Shown piece by piece: positions 32,803 to 45,145 of a stretch of DNA of 64,000 nucleotides. The notes beneath the pieces are model-generated. The model was not told the DNA's origin. It searched no databases and was given only the letters and a program-made list of their open reading frames with translations. The stretch's first letter is position 1. The number at the start of each line of letters is the position of its first letter. The stretch spans positions 1 through 64,000 of the forward strand of contig JBIPSI010000010.1 in assembly GCA_044070495.1 (NCBI GenBank). The letters run 5' to 3'. Origin of the DNA: Spirulina sp. (GTDB taxonomy: Bacteria; Cyanobacteriota; Cyanobacteriia; Phormidesmidales; Phormidesmidaceae). A program made the translations under genes and the position numbers.

Positions 32803-34878
32803 GTGGCACGGACAACGCCCCTAGAGCGAGTTAGGAATATCGGAATCGCTGCCCACATCGACGCAGGCAAAACCACCACCACAGAGCGAATTCTCTACTA
32901 TTCAGGGATCGTTCACAAAATCGGTGAAGTACATGAAGGTACCGCTGTAACCGACTGGATGGAGCAGGAACGGGAGCGGGGAATTACCATCACCGCCGCC
33001 GCCATCAGTACCAGTTGGCGGGATCATCAAATCAATATTATTGATACCCCCGGCCACGTCGATTTCACCATCGAAGTCGAACGCTCAATGCGTGTTCTAG
33101 ATGGCGTGATTGCCGTGTTTTGCTCAGTGGGTGGTGTGCAACCTCAATCTGAAACCGTTTGGCGGCAAGCCAACCGGTACAGGGTACCGCGCATCGCCTT
33201 CGTCAATAAAATGGATCGAACTGGGGCCAATTTTTTCAAGGTCTACCAGCAGTTGCGAGATCGCCTAGGGGCTAATGCCGTGGCCATCCAGGTACCCATT
33301 GGCTCAGAGAGTAATTTCCAAGGGGTCATCGACTTGGTGTCCATGCGTGCCCGCATCTACCATGACGATCTTGGCAAAACCGTTGAAGATGCTGAAATTC
33401 CTGCCGACTTGCAGGGGGTAGCTGAAGAGTATCGCACCCACCTCGTAGAAGCAGCGGCGGAGACCGATGATCACCTGATGGAAAAGTATCTGGAAGGGGA
33501 AGACTTTTCCGAGGAGGAAATCGTCGCTGCCCTACGTCAGGGAACCATCAGCGGCAATATTGTCCCCGTACTGTGCGGATCCGCGTTCAAAAATCGGGGC
33601 GTCCAGCTCTTGCTAGATGCGGTGGTGGACTATCTCCCATCTCCCCTAGATGTGCCTGCAATCCAGGGTCTTTTGCCCGATGGCAACACCGCCGAGCGCC
33701 ACGCCAACGATGAGGAACCCCTAGCTGCCTTGGCCTTCAAAATCATGGCCGATCCTTACGGTCGCCTGACCTTTGTACGGGTATACTCCGGGGTATTGAA
33801 AAAAGGGAGTTACATCTACAACGCCACGAAGGATAAAAAAGAGCGCATCTCTCGCCTGATCGTCCTTAAAGCTGATGATCGCATTGAGGTAGATGAGCTA
33901 CGGGCTGGCGATTTGGGGGCCGTGATTGGCCTGAAGGATACCTTTACCGGTGACACCATCTGCGAACCAGAACATCCTATTGTCCTAGAATCTCTGTTTG
34001 TGCCAGAGCCTGTTATTTCCGTGGCTGTAGAGCCTAAGACCAAGCAAGACATGGACAAGCTGTCTAAAGCACTACAATCGCTGTCTGAGGAAGACCCTAC
34101 CTTCCGAGTGAGTACTGATCCTGAAACCAACCAAACCGTGATCGCGGGCATGGGTGAATTGCACCTTGATATCCTAGTAGATCGCATGCTGCGGGAATTT
34201 AAGGTGGAGGCCAACATCGGCGCACCCCAGGTCGCCTATCGCGAAACTATTCGCAAGGCAACCAATGCTGAAGGACGCTTTATTCGCCAAAGCGGTGGTA
34301 AAGGTCAATACGGTCACGTTGTTGTCAAGGTAGAGCCAGCTGAAGCAGGTAGTGGGTTTGAATTTGTGTCTAAAATTGTTGGAGGGACAATTCCAAAGGA
34401 ATACATCCCTTCCGCCGAACAAGGCATGAAAGAAGCCTGCGAATCTGGTATCCTAGCTGGGTATCCTGTAATCGATTTAAAGGTTACACTAACCGATGGG
34501 TCTTACCATGAGGTAGATTCTTCGGAAATGGCCTTTAAGATTGCTGGGTCGATGGCGATGAAAGAAGCCGTCATGAAGGCATCTCCCGTCCTTCTTGAGC
34601 CCATTATGAAGGTCGAGGTTGAAGTTCCGGAAGACTTTCTGGGCGATGTCATGGGAGACTTGAACTCCCGACGTGGTCAGATCGAAGGCATGGGGTCTGA
34701 GGCTGGTGTTGCAAAGGTTACCGCCGATGTCCCATTAGCTGAGATGTTTGGTTATGCTACCGACATCCGCTCTAAAACGCAGGGTCGGGGCATTTTTTCG
34801 ATGGAATTTAGCCATTATGGCGAAGTTCCTCGAAATGTGGCTGAGGCCATTATCTCTAAAAACAGTGGGAACGCTTAG
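32803..34878 (+). CDS. fusA: Elongation factor G
   Basis: [37 protein letters not shown] start after AGGAGG. Confidence 0.99.
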   Translation: MARTTPLERVRNIGIAAHIDAGKTTTTERILYYSGIVHKIGEVHEGTAVTDWMEQERERGITITAAAISTSWRDHQINIIDTPGHVDFTIEVERSMRVLDGVIAVFCSVGGVQPQSETVWRQANRYRVPRIAFVNKMDRTGANFFKVYQQLRDRLGANAVAIQVPIGSESNFQGVIDLVSMRARIYHDDLGKTVEDAEIPADLQGVAEEYRTHLVEAAAETDDHLMEKYLEGEDFSEEEIVAALRQGTISGNIVPVLCGSAFKNRGVQLLLDAVVDYLPSPLDVPAIQGLLPDGNTAERHANDEEPLAALAFKIMADPYGRLTFVRVYSGVLKKGSYIYNATKDKKERISRLIVLKADDRIEVDELRAGDLGAVIGLKDTFTGDTICEPEHPIVLESLFVPEPVISVAVEPKTKQDMDKLSKALQSLSEEDPTFRVSTDPETNQTVIAGMGELHLDILVDRMLREFKVEANIGAPQVAYRETIRKATNAEGRFIRQSGGKGQYGHVVVKVEPAEAGSGFEFVSKIVGGTIPKEYIPSAEQGMKEACESGILAGYPVIDLKVTLTDGSYHEVDSSEMAFKIAGSMAMKEAVMKASPVLLEPIMKVEVEVPEDFLGDVMGDLNSRRGQIEGMGSEAGVAKVTADVPLAEMFGYATDIRSKTQGRGIFSMEFSHYGEVPRNVAEAIISKNSGNA

Positions 34879-34902
34879 AAAAAGAAAGGACACGTAACGT
34901 AA

Positions 34903-36132
34903 ATGGCACGCGAAAAGTTTGAACGGACTAAACCGCACGTTAACATTGGCACCATTGGTCACGTTGACCATGGTAAAACGACCTTAACGGCTGCTATTAC
35001 CATGGCGCTAGCTGCCGCCGGTGGCGCTAAAGCTCGTAAGTACGATGAAATTGATGCTGCTCCCGAAGAAAGGGCTCGTGGGATCACCATCAACACCGCC
35101 CACGTGGAGTATGAAACCGAAACTCGGCACTATGCCCACGTGGATTGCCCTGGACACGCTGACTATGTGAAGAACATGATCACCGGTGCCGCTCAGATGG
35201 ACGGTGCCATTCTGGTGTGCTCCGCCGCTGATGGCCCCATGCCCCAGACCCGTGAGCACATCCTCCTAGCTCGGCAGGTGGGTGTACCTAGCCTAGTGGT
35301 TTTCCTGAATAAGCAAGATCAGGTGGATGACGAGGAACTGCTGGAACTGGTGGAACTGGAGGTTCGTGAACTCCTGACCGAGTATCAGTTCCCTGGCGAT
35401 GATATCCCCATCACCCCTGGTTCTGCTCTGCTGGCCGTGGAAGCCCTAACCGCCAACCCCGCCATTAAGCGTGGTGAAGATACCTGGGTAGACAAAGTGC
35501 TGACGCTCATGGATAGCGTAGACGAGTATATCCCCACCCCCGAACGCGACGTGGATAAGCCCTTCCTCATGGCCGTTGAAGATGTCTTCTCCATTACAGG
35601 TCGGGGTACGGTAGCCACCGGGCGGATCGAGCGTGGAGTCGTCAAGGTTGGCGACGTGGTTGAACTGGTGGGTATTCGTGACACTCGCAACACGACGGTC
35701 ACCGGTATCGAAATGTTCAAAAAGAGCCTTGATCAAGGTATGGCCGGTGATAACGCTGGTCTACTGTTGCGGGGTATCCAGAAGGAAGATGTGGAGCGTG
35801 GGATGGTGCTCGCTAAGCCCGGCAGCATTACTCCCCACACTGAGTTTGAGGGAGAAGTCTACATCTTGACTGAAAAAGAAGGCGGACGAAAGACCCCCTT
35901 CTTCCCCGGTTACAAGCCTCAGTTCTACGTGCGTACAACTGATGTAACGGGTAGCATCAAAGCGTTCACCTCCGATGACGGTAGTGCGGCTGAAATGGTG
36001 ATGCCTGGTGACCGGATCAAGATGACCGTGGAACTGATCAACCCCATTGCCATTGAGCAAAATATGCGTTTTGCTATCCGTGAGGGTGGTCGCACCGTGG
36101 GCGCTGGTGTTGTGTCCAAAATCCTGAAGTAA
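34903..36132 (+). CDS. tuf: Elongation factor Tu
   Basis: [27 protein letters not shown]. Confidence 0.99.
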   Translation: MAREKFERTKPHVNIGTIGHVDHGKTTLTAAITMALAAAGGAKARKYDEIDAAPEERARGITINTAHVEYETETRHYAHVDCPGHADYVKNMITGAAQMDGAILVCSAADGPMPQTREHILLARQVGVPSLVVFLNKQDQVDDEELLELVELEVRELLTEYQFPGDDIPITPGSALLAVEALTANPAIKRGEDTWVDKVLTLMDSVDEYIPTPERDVDKPFLMAVEDVFSITGRGTVATGRIERGVVKVGDVVELVGIRDTRNTTVTGIEMFKKSLDQGMAGDNAGLLLRGIQKEDVERGMVLAKPGSITPHTEFEGEVYILTEKEGGRKTPFFPGYKPQFYVRTTDVTGSIKAFTSDDGSAAEMVMPGDRIKMTVELINPIAIEQNMRFAIREGGRTVGAGVVSKILK

Positions 36133-36157
36133 CTTCAGATCTTCTAGATAGCAGAGT

Positions 36158-36190
36158 GGGGGCAGGTGAGTGGCTTGCCCCCCTTCTCTT
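36158..36190 (+). terminator. Hairpin/terminator after tuf
   Basis: GGGGGCAGGT-loop-GCTTGCCCCC followed by pyrimidine run. Confidence 0.55.
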
Positions 36191-36237
36191 CTTGATTCTG
36201 TTTGTTGAACCTTGAAAATTTAATTGGAGTTAGCCCT

Positions 36238-36555
36238 ATGGCAACGATTCAGCAGCAAAAAATTCGGATTCGCCTTAAAGCCTTTGACCGCAGACTGCTC
36301 GACACCTCCTGCGAAAAGATTGTTGATACAGCCAACCGCACCAACGCTACAGCCATTGGCCCCATTCCCCTACCCACCAAGCGCCGCATCTATTGTGTGT
36401 TGCGCTCTCCCCACGTCGATAAGGATTCTCGGGAACATTTTGAGAGCCGCACCCATCGCCGGATTATCGATATCTATCAGCCCTCTTCTAAAACCATTGA
36501 TGCACTCATGAAGCTGGATTTACCAGCTGGAGTTGATATTGAAGTGAAGCTCTAG
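36238..36555 (+). CDS. rpsJ: 30S ribosomal protein S10
   Basis: [33 protein letters not shown] 36238. Confidence 0.99.
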   Translation: MATIQQQKIRIRLKAFDRRLLDTSCEKIVDTANRTNATAIGPIPLPTKRRIYCVLRSPHVDKDSREHFESRTHRRIIDIYQPSSKTIDALMKLDLPAGVDIEVKL

Positions 36556-36623
36556 AAGCACCGACCTGTGGGGGATAGAGTCCTCGATGATAGTTTTCGA
36601 GACTTGTCTGTCATTACCAGAGA

Positions 36624-36662
36624 CCATATACAGGCAACCTTTTAGGGGTTGCCTGTATATGG
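36624..36662. terminator. Long hairpin after rpsJ
   Basis: CCATATACAGGCAACC ... GGTTGCCTGTATATGG, 16 bp perfect arms. Confidence 0.6.
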
Positions 36663-36984
36663 ATGGAGAGTATTTTGTCCCTCAATGATGTTTTATCCCC
36701 TGCCAGTCTCGGACTTCTATCAAGCTCTCCACCGGAGTGTGGCCTAGACCGTATGATTATCATCCTCAGCTCCCTGTTTCCATGCAATAGGGGGGATTTC
36801 CTATTGTTGAAATAACTTGCCTAAAGTATCGAGAGAGCCGCAGATTCGCTCTACGAGAAAGCCGCACTCCTGCGAAGAGTTAGGCTAAGATAGAAGGGCA
36901 TTATATTAAAAAGTATTACGGTCGAGCGCGTCGCTACACTGAACGGCGCTGAACACAGAGGCATTTTGATCCATAGGGGCGTCC

Positions 36985-37626
36985 ATGGCATTCTCTGAAT
37001 CAATCTCTGTCCGAGAGCTACCGCTATTTCCTCTGCCGGAACTGGTGTTGTTCCCAGGACGACATCTCCCTCTCCATATTTTTGAGTTTCGTTACCGGAT
37101 CATGATGAATACCTTGCTCCAGGGGGATCGTCGGTTTGGAGTGTTAATGTTGGACCCAACAACAGGGCAACCAGCCCAGGTTGGTTGTTGTGCTGAGATA
37201 TTGCACTATCAGCGACTACCTGACGACAGGATGAAGATTTTGACCATTGGGCAACAGCGCTTCCGAGTATTGAGCTATGTGCGGGAAAAGCCTTATCGAG
37301 TGGGCCTGGTAGAATGGCTAGAAGATAAGCCGACAGACCGCAATTTAGCCCCTTTAGTGTCAGATGTGGATCGCTTATTACGTGATGTGGTACACCTTTC
37401 GGCCAAGCTGACTAGCCAAGAAATTGAGATTCCAGAGAATATACCTAGTTTGCCAACAGAGCTTTCCTATTGGGTTGCGAGTAATCTTTATGGAGTCGCC
37501 CTGGAGCAGCAGTCCTTGTTAGAAATGGATGATACTGAGACTAGACTAGAGCGCGAGGCAGAGATTTTGACCTCAACCCGAAATCACCTTGCTGCCCGTA
37601 CAGCCCTGAAAGAGGTGCTCGAATAG
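36985..37626 (+). CDS. Lon protease substrate-binding (N-terminal) domain protein
   Basis: ELPLFPL..VLFPG..LPLHIFEFRY, GQQRFRV; no AAA/protease domain. Confidence 0.92.
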   Translation: MAFSESISVRELPLFPLPELVLFPGRHLPLHIFEFRYRIMMNTLLQGDRRFGVLMLDPTTGQPAQVGCCAEILHYQRLPDDRMKILTIGQQRFRVLSYVREKPYRVGLVEWLEDKPTDRNLAPLVSDVDRLLRDVVHLSAKLTSQEIEIPENIPSLPTELSYWVASNLYGVALEQQSLLEMDDTETRLEREAEILTSTRNHLAARTALKEVLE

Positions 37627-37760
37627 TTACTAGCAGGCTCTACTTCATTAGCATGTTTATGCTAGCCTTTGTTTTCTCAAGTTAGTTATGCTAATTCTTT
37701 AAAGAATTAGCATAGTGTTGTTTGGCGAAGTACCTTAAACACAGTACTTGATTAGAGTAA

Positions 37761-38290
37761 TACCCATCCGACATGAAGTTGAGCATAATAGATAGAGGGT
37801 GGCGTTCGAGAGGGTAGAGAGGATGGCCCGCCCCTTTGTGCTTGAGATTGCCGAGAGTGAAACCTTTCTGGAGAAAAGCCTGAAGCAGGCGAAAACGGGG
37901 TTCCGCAAAGAGCGGTTGCAAATGCTGTGGTGGATTAAGACGAAGCAAATCCGGTATCGGCAGGAGATTGGTGAGCGGTTGGGGCGCAGCCCAGCGACGA
38001 TTAGTCGTTGGCTGTTGTTGTATCGTCAGGGGGGCTTGGCGGCGCTGCTGGAGGAATTGTCCCGAACTCAACCCCATAGAACGCTTCTGGCTGCACCTCA
38101 AAGCCACCTGGAAAGGCGAGAACTTCCCCTCCCTCGATGCCCTTCAACAGCGGGTTGACGAGGAACTCGCCCGCCTAACCCCAGAGCAAGTGCAGTCCGT
38201 CATGGGGTATGACTTCATTCTCGACGCCTTACGCCAAGCTGAATGCCAGAAAACAGCCTAAATTATACTCAGCTTCATTTTGTATTGGTA
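37761..38290 (+). mobile_element. Internally deleted IS630-family element (about 530 bp)
   Basis: Imperfect 29 bp terminal inverted repeats (37761-37789, 38262-38290; 23/29 match); HTH fragment and PELNPIERFW DDE tail; TA follows the right end. Confidence 0.85.
37823..38261 (+). pseudogene. IS630 transposase remnant
   Basis: MARPFVLEIAES...TISRWLLLYRQGGLAALL in one frame joined near 38055 to PELNPIERFWLHLK in another; central DDE region missing. Confidence 0.85.
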
Positions 38291-38388
38291 TAACCCGTTT
38301 CGGTTTGCTAGGCCGTAGGATAGGCACCGCTTACCCTTAGGAAAAGCGATGCCAGCGCACTACCGCAATCTAACGATTTGGGGCTGAC

Positions 38389-39768
<1,380 letters not shown>

Positions 39769-40025
39769 CTATAAACACGTAGCGCTAGAGGGGACGAGTA
39801 CGGCAGAAGAGGCTAGATTTCAACGAATGCAGAAAATTATGGGGCTATGGCTCGTTGAGAGATGCCTATCTGGTCATAGCAACTGGGCTAAAGTGACCTC
39901 AATATCATTTCCGTAACCAACCATCTATCCACCGTAGCTCGAGGCGAATGCCCACCCATAGATGGGCTAGCCCTAAGCCAGACATATTCTGCAATCGTCG
40001 TTGCGATCTAATGACCTCAAGCAAC

Positions 40026-40100
40026 GCTTCCCTCCGCTGGTACTAACCAGGTCAGGTTCTGAGGGTATGATCTCAGTCCGATTCCTCGGACACCCCTAGC
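40026..40100 (-). promoter_or_regulatory. TPP riboswitch aptamer
   Basis: Minus strand GCTAGGGGTGTCC...CTGAGA..ATACCC..GAACCTGACCTGGTTAGTACCAGCGGAGGGAAGC, upstream of thiC. Confidence 0.92.
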
Positions 40101-40199
40101 TTGCTCGTATGATAGCACGGTCAACTGGTACGCCTTTCACGGCTGACTGAGAGTTATTCCACGGATCAAGGAGGCCACCCATAACTCCTGTTTAGCAGC

Positions 40200-41492
40200 C
40201 TAGCTATAGTGCTGATCCAGGCGCAGCAGGGTTTCTAGCAGCACGTTGGCCCCCTGGGTGCATTGGTCGGGGGAGGTGTATTCCACCTCAGAGTGGCTGA
40301 AGCCACCCTCGCTGGGTACAAAAATCATGCCCATGTCGGTGAAACGGCCAATTTCCAGGGCGTCATGTCCGGCGCGGCTGGGCATGGGCATAGAACTCAG
40401 GCCCAGGGTGGCGCAGACCTCGGCAATGGTGGACTGGATGTGGGGGGCGGCGGGGCTGGGGGCCACATTGAGCTGGGGCAGAATTTCGATGTGGGTGTGG
40501 GTGCGCTGGGCAATGGCAACGAGTTCAATCTTCAGGTCGTTGACCAGCTTGTCGATCACGTCTTGATCCAAATCGCGCACATCTAAACTAGCGACGACCT
40601 TACCGGGCACAATGTTGGCGGCGTTGGGCGACACCTGCAAGGCTCCCACGGTGGCCACCCGCTGCCCCGGTGGATCGGTGGCCAGTTGGTTGACGGCCAG
40701 CACCACCTGAGCGGCGGCAACCAGGGCATCCTGGCGCAGATCCATAGGTGTAGTTCCGGCATGGTTGGGCCGTCCGGTAATTTGGATTTGGTAGCGCTGC
40801 ATCCCCACCACCCCTTGCACCACGCCGATTTGGGCCTTGGCGGTTTCTAACACGCCCCCCTGCTCCACATGGAGTTCCACAAAGGCGCACACTTCGCCAC
40901 GGGTGCGGCGGGCCAGGGCAAGGCGGCTCCAGTCGCCCCCCACCTGCTGAACGCATTGATCGATGGGGTGGCCATCCTTGCGGCGATAGTCTGTCACTTC
41001 CAAAGACGCCGTTCCGGCCATGGCCCGACTGCCGATCATGGTGTCCTCTTCGTCGGCGAAGACAATCACCTCAAAGGGATGATCCAACTGAAGGCTGTGC
41101 TCTTGCAGGGTGCGAGCTACTTCGAGTCCGGCCAACACGCCCAAACAGCCATCAAACTTGCCGCCGCAGGGCACCGTGTCGATGTGGGAACCCGTGGCCA
41201 GGGCCGGGAGATCCAACCGTCCCGGTAAGCGGCCAATCATATTGCCCGCCGTATCCAGCCGTACGGTCATGCCCGCCTCGGTCATCCAGCGCCGCACCAG
41301 TTCCCGCCCTTGCACATCCTCCGGGCTAAAGGCCAGCCGACAAATGCCACCGTTGTCCATTTGGCCAATGGCTGCAAGGTCGTCCAAGCTTTGGTTAAGG
41401 CGCTTGCCGTTCACCCGCAGCACGGGCTGACCATGGACGGCCTGATCGGCGGCGGGTTGACCTTGGGAAGAGAGGGTGGGCAGGGTGGTCAT
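40200..41492 (-). CDS. M20 Zn amidohydrolase, allantoate amidohydrolase / N-carbamoyl-amino acid hydrolase family
   Basis: GSHIDTV..GG.FDG.LGV, ELHVEQG, NHAGTTPM, SRAGHDA, GG.SH..E. Confidence 0.92.
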   Translation of the reverse strand: MTTLPTLSSQGQPAADQAVHGQPVLRVNGKRLNQSLDDLAAIGQMDNGGICRLAFSPEDVQGRELVRRWMTEAGMTVRLDTAGNMIGRLPGRLDLPALATGSHIDTVPCGGKFDGCLGVLAGLEVARTLQEHSLQLDHPFEVIVFADEEDTMIGSRAMAGTASLEVTDYRRKDGHPIDQCVQQVGGDWSRLALARRTRGEVCAFVELHVEQGGVLETAKAQIGVVQGVVGMQRYQIQITGRPNHAGTTPMDLRQDALVAAAQVVLAVNQLATDPPGQRVATVGALQVSPNAANIVPGKVVASLDVRDLDQDVIDKLVNDLKIELVAIAQRTHTHIEILPQLNVAPSPAAPHIQSTIAEVCATLGLSSMPMPSRAGHDALEIGRFTDMGMIFVPSEGGFSHSEVEYTSPDQCTQGANVLLETLLRLDQHYS

Positions 41493-41541
41493 AGGGGTTG
41501 TGGGATAAGGGGTAGAGCGGGTTGAGGGTATTGTGGTGTCG

Positions 41542-41609
41542 AGATCCCAGGGTTCTTTTACGGCCTGTCCCCAGGATGAGGGCGATCCCGAAGCAGAACC
41601 CTGGGATCT
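41542..41609. repeat. 15 bp inverted repeat element in amidohydrolase leader
   Basis: AGATCCCAGGGTTCT ... AGAACCCTGGGATCT with 38 nt spacer. Confidence 0.6.
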
Positions 41610-41763
41610 GAACCCTAAGGTGTGTCATCAAATCCAGCCAAAACCCTTGTAGAACAAGCCTTGCCATGCCCGCAGGCTAGGGGCTGTAATCGTTAATTTC
41701 TGGGCCATCAGCGATTGATGACAGGCCCTAGGGCTTAGGCCAACATTGTAGAAAATGTTAACA

Positions 41764-41777
41764 GTAGGAAATGTTAC
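41764..41777 (-). promoter_or_regulatory. Candidate NtcA box
   Basis: GTAGGAAATGTTAC = GTA-N8-TAC, near-copy at 41748-41761; no TAN3T at the canonical 22 nt spacing. Confidence 0.45.
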
Positions 41778-41869
41778 TAACCTATCCTAGCGGCTGATGA
41801 CGGTGTATACCGTTTATTGTATACAGTCCTGCAATATGGCTGGGGGAATGACATCTAGGCTGAGGGCCG

Positions 41870-42730
41870 CTAGTCCTCCATATCCGTGAAGGGTGGCACT
41901 TTGGGGTAAGGGAGGGAGCGTTGGGCAAAGGCCGCTTTGGCGCGGCGCAGAATATCGGTGCGGAAGGCGGGTTCGTTGCGAATATCGAGGGGATAGGCAC
42001 GGAGCTTAAAGTGGGTGCCCCAGGGCTTTTCGGCGATCACCACCACGATGGGCAGGTTGAGCTGGGTGAATCGGCTGCTGTAGGCGGCTTGGTACAAAAT
42101 GTCGGTGACGGCTTCGGCATCCACCCCATGGTCAAAGTAAACGTCGGTGGCGACCTGGGCCTCTAGGCTGCCGCTGTTGGCGTTGATAATGGCCTCCGTC
42201 CAGGTTTTGCTGTGGGGAATGGTGATCAGGTCGTCGTCAAAGGTGTGGAGCCGAATGCCGCGCAGCCCATAGCTGACCACCTCGCCGTAGTGATCACCGA
42301 TGGTGATGCGATCTCCCACTCGGTAGGGAGCCTCGAACAGGGCCACCACCCCGGCAATCACCGAGGTAATGTAGTCCTTGAAGGCGAACCCCACCGCCAC
42401 CGCCACCGTGCCCGTAATGGCAAACAAATTTTGCTCCGATACATTGAGAAACAGCCCCGCCACATGGGCAATCAGCACAATTAACACCGTGCCCTTCCAG
42501 AAGGGAATCGACTGTTTGATGATCAGCCGAGAACGGCGGGGCACTTTTTCCGAGAGCCAATTCGCTAGGGTTTGCCCCCCGGAAAGCAGGGCGTAGGCCA
42601 GAATAACGCTCAGAACCGCATTGGCCACCCGCCCTAGGGTAATGGTCTTGAACAGGGCGGAGGCGTCTTCCACGGCATCCATCTGCCCCAACCACCATAG
42701 GGATAGCTGTGCAAGGTTAGCCAAATTCAT
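41870..42730 (-). CDS. MscS family mechanosensitive channel
   Basis: AVGFAFKD, PYRVGDRI.IG..YGEV...GLR, IPHS, IINAN. Confidence 0.9.
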   Translation of the reverse strand: MNLANLAQLSLWWLGQMDAVEDASALFKTITLGRVANAVLSVILAYALLSGGQTLANWLSEKVPRRSRLIIKQSIPFWKGTVLIVLIAHVAGLFLNVSEQNLFAITGTVAVAVGFAFKDYITSVIAGVVALFEAPYRVGDRITIGDHYGEVVSYGLRGIRLHTFDDDLITIPHSKTWTEAIINANSGSLEAQVATDVYFDHGVDAEAVTDILYQAAYSSRFTQLNLPIVVVIAEKPWGTHFKLRAYPLDIRNEPAFRTDILRRAKAAFAQRSLPYPKVPPFTDMED

Positions 42731-43947
42731 TTCGCCTCCCCGGTGAGAAAGTTATTGGACTTCAGTTCAGCCAACACCAGCGGGTAGTAGGCGGGGTAGA
42801 GGGAAATTCCCTGGCGGGTTTGGCGTAGCACCCCGGCCTGCCGTAATCGCTGCACGTTGACCTCCACTAAATTAGCCGCCAGCCCCAGGCTTTGGGCCAG
42901 ATGGGATCGGGTCATGGATCCATGGAGCATCAGGGCATGGAGGACGTAGTGATCCTCGGCGGTAAGGCTGGGCAAGCTGGGCAGGGTGGCGGGCAGCAGT
43001 TGCAGCGGCACGGGCAGGGGGCCAGCCTGATCTAGGGGTTGGGGCTGTTCTGGCACATCCTCCTCCCGCAACCGCAGGGATCGCAGCCATAGGTATTGGG
43101 CCACCACCGCTTGCCCCCGCGACAGACTCGCCAACTCAGACCAAGACCAACCGCGAGCCTCCATTTCATCCAGGGGCGCATCGGCGGCCTCCCCAGACTC
43201 CGTCGTGGATGATTCTGGCTGCAAATCCGCCGCAAAGGGCCGCAGCCAGTCCGACAGCATGGCCTTATCCAGGGATGGCAACACCAGGGTTTCGCTAAAG
43301 TAGGATTCCACCTGGCAGACGCGATTTAAAAACGTCCAGGCCCAGGTATTGCAGCGAATCACCCAGAAATATTGCGGATACTGCCCCACCGTATCCCGCA
43401 GCCACTCCACCCCCTGCCAGCCGCCAATGCAGCGGAGAAAACATTGCTCTAAGGGCGGCATGATCACCAATCTGCGCCGCTGGGAGAGGGGATCGGGGTG
43501 GTCATCATCGGTTTGGGCCGTTTTCGACGGAATCTCCGCCAGGGCCTTGCTAAACTGTTCTGCCAAATTGAGGGGATTGGGGGGCCGCACCTGCCACGCC
43601 ATCGGTCGCCAAACTCGCACCGCCTGGGGCAGATCCCCCAGCCAATCTCCAGCCATCAAGCTCTCCATCAGCGCCTCGGTGTCCTCCACCGGGCTACTGA
43701 GAATCACCAGACTATTGGGGGCATCGGGATCCTGCTGCCAAGCGGTAACCACCGCGCTCAGACGCTCCTGGGCAGTGGTTTGGTAGACATCGGGAATCGG
43801 CCACTGGGCTAACCGTCGCCGTAGAGCCGCGTTCCACAGGGTCGGCAATGGGCACAGGTTGGCAACATCCTCCTGCTGGTTATTACGCGCCGCCGTCAGC
43901 CATGACCTAGCCTGACGCAGCAACGGACGAGAGGGCCACCCTGCCAT
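42727..43947 (-). CDS. Hypothetical protein, degenerate P-loop-like core with probable C-terminal winged helix
   Basis: 406 aa ORF coupled to mscS by ATGA overlap; VLHALMLHGSMTRSHLAQSLG...VQRLRQAGVL. Confidence 0.7.
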   Translation of the reverse strand: MAGWPSRPLLRQARSWLTAARNNQQEDVANLCPLPTLWNAALRRRLAQWPIPDVYQTTAQERLSAVVTAWQQDPDAPNSLVILSSPVEDTEALMESLMAGDWLGDLPQAVRVWRPMAWQVRPPNPLNLAEQFSKALAEIPSKTAQTDDDHPDPLSQRRRLVIMPPLEQCFLRCIGGWQGVEWLRDTVGQYPQYFWVIRCNTWAWTFLNRVCQVESYFSETLVLPSLDKAMLSDWLRPFAADLQPESSTTESGEAADAPLDEMEARGWSWSELASLSRGQAVVAQYLWLRSLRLREEDVPEQPQPLDQAGPLPVPLQLLPATLPSLPSLTAEDHYVLHALMLHGSMTRSHLAQSLGLAANLVEVNVQRLRQAGVLRQTRQGISLYPAYYPLVLAELKSNNFLTGEAK

Positions 43948-44023
43948 AGGACGGTAAAACCGGGGACTACCCCCCTAGGGTACGGGAAAACCGCCGCCGC
44001 CAGCCATCAGACCGACAAAACAC

Positions 44024-44923
44024 CTACCCTGCGGTGACTTCCAGGCGAGCCAGCCAGTCGATCAAGAGCGGATTCACCACATCGGGCCGTTCGTCGTGGG
44101 GGCAGTGCCCGGTGTTGGGGATGCTGTGGAAGGTGACGGCCTGGTTGGGGTCGTCCGCCAGTTGGCGATAGAGCTTGGCCCCTTGGATGGGTGTCCAGGG
44201 GTCGTTTTCGCCCCAGAGAACGAGGAGGGGTTGGGCAATGGTGGGCAGCAGGTCGCTGGGTTTTGGGCCTGGGGGCGCAGTAACGATGGAGGCAAACACC
44301 TTTTGGGCGTTGGGCTGGCAGGCGGGGGCGTAGAGCATCTCCACCAGGTCGTCGGTGATGGCGGCCTGGTTGCGGTAGACCTGCTTGAGGGAACTGCGAA
44401 TCCGGCCCTTGCGACGCACTTGATTAAACACCAGCGGCCCCACGGTTTCAGAACTCACCAGCCAGGTAAAGGCTCCCATAACCCAACTGAGGGGCGGGTG
44501 CATTTCTTCGGGGCGATGGTTCAGCCCGCCCGCACAGTTCAGCACGGCCCCAGCACGGGCGGTTTCGGGATGGTTGGCCAGCATCATCAGGGTCAGCAAT
44601 CCGCCAATGGAGTTGCCCACATAAATTGCCGGAGCCTGCACCAGTTCCGCCCAAAAGTCGTAGAGCAGGGCTTGCCAGAGTTCCAGGCTGTAGTCCAACA
44701 CGGGCTGATCCGAGGCCCCAAACCCCAGCAAATCCAGGGCATAGACCCGATACCCCGCCTCGGCCAGCACTGGAATATTCTTGCGCCAGTGCCCCAAAGA
44801 AGCCCCAAACCCGTGGATCAACACCAACGGCTGACCATGACCCTGCACGGTGTAGGTAATGGTGTGATCCCGCCATTGCCAGGTGCAAGTTTCTAGGGCG
44901 ACCATCGTCAGTTCTGCAACCAT
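44024..44923 (-). CDS. Alpha/beta fold hydrolase
   Basis: LIHGFGAS, DLLGFG, GNSIGG nucleophile, WGENDPW, GHCPHDE. Confidence 0.93.
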   Translation of the reverse strand: MVAELTMVALETCTWQWRDHTITYTVQGHGQPLVLIHGFGASLGHWRKNIPVLAEAGYRVYALDLLGFGASDQPVLDYSLELWQALLYDFWAELVQAPAIYVGNSIGGLLTLMMLANHPETARAGAVLNCAGGLNHRPEEMHPPLSWVMGAFTWLVSSETVGPLVFNQVRRKGRIRSSLKQVYRNQAAITDDLVEMLYAPACQPNAQKVFASIVTAPPGPKPSDLLPTIAQPLLVLWGENDPWTPIQGAKLYRQLADDPNQAVTFHSIPNTGHCPHDERPDVVNPLLIDWLARLEVTAG

Positions 44924-45145
44924 AATTCAGTGAATTCGGAGAATAAAGGGAAATGGGGATTTTAGGACCGGGCCAACGTACCGTAGGATGGACAGCGCCC
45001 ATCAATACAAGAACCGCCAAAAGAACGCCTACCAGGGCGACCCCTAGACTTAATTGTAAAGAAATATCACCGTTCATGATATGGCTTTATCCTACTCCAG
45101 CCATAGACTGAGAAGCGTCTGACCAACCTATCCCAGTTTTGCCCT

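Noticed and set aside
36238..37626. rpsJ next to tuf without following rplC
   Set aside because: Normal cyanobacterial arrangement.
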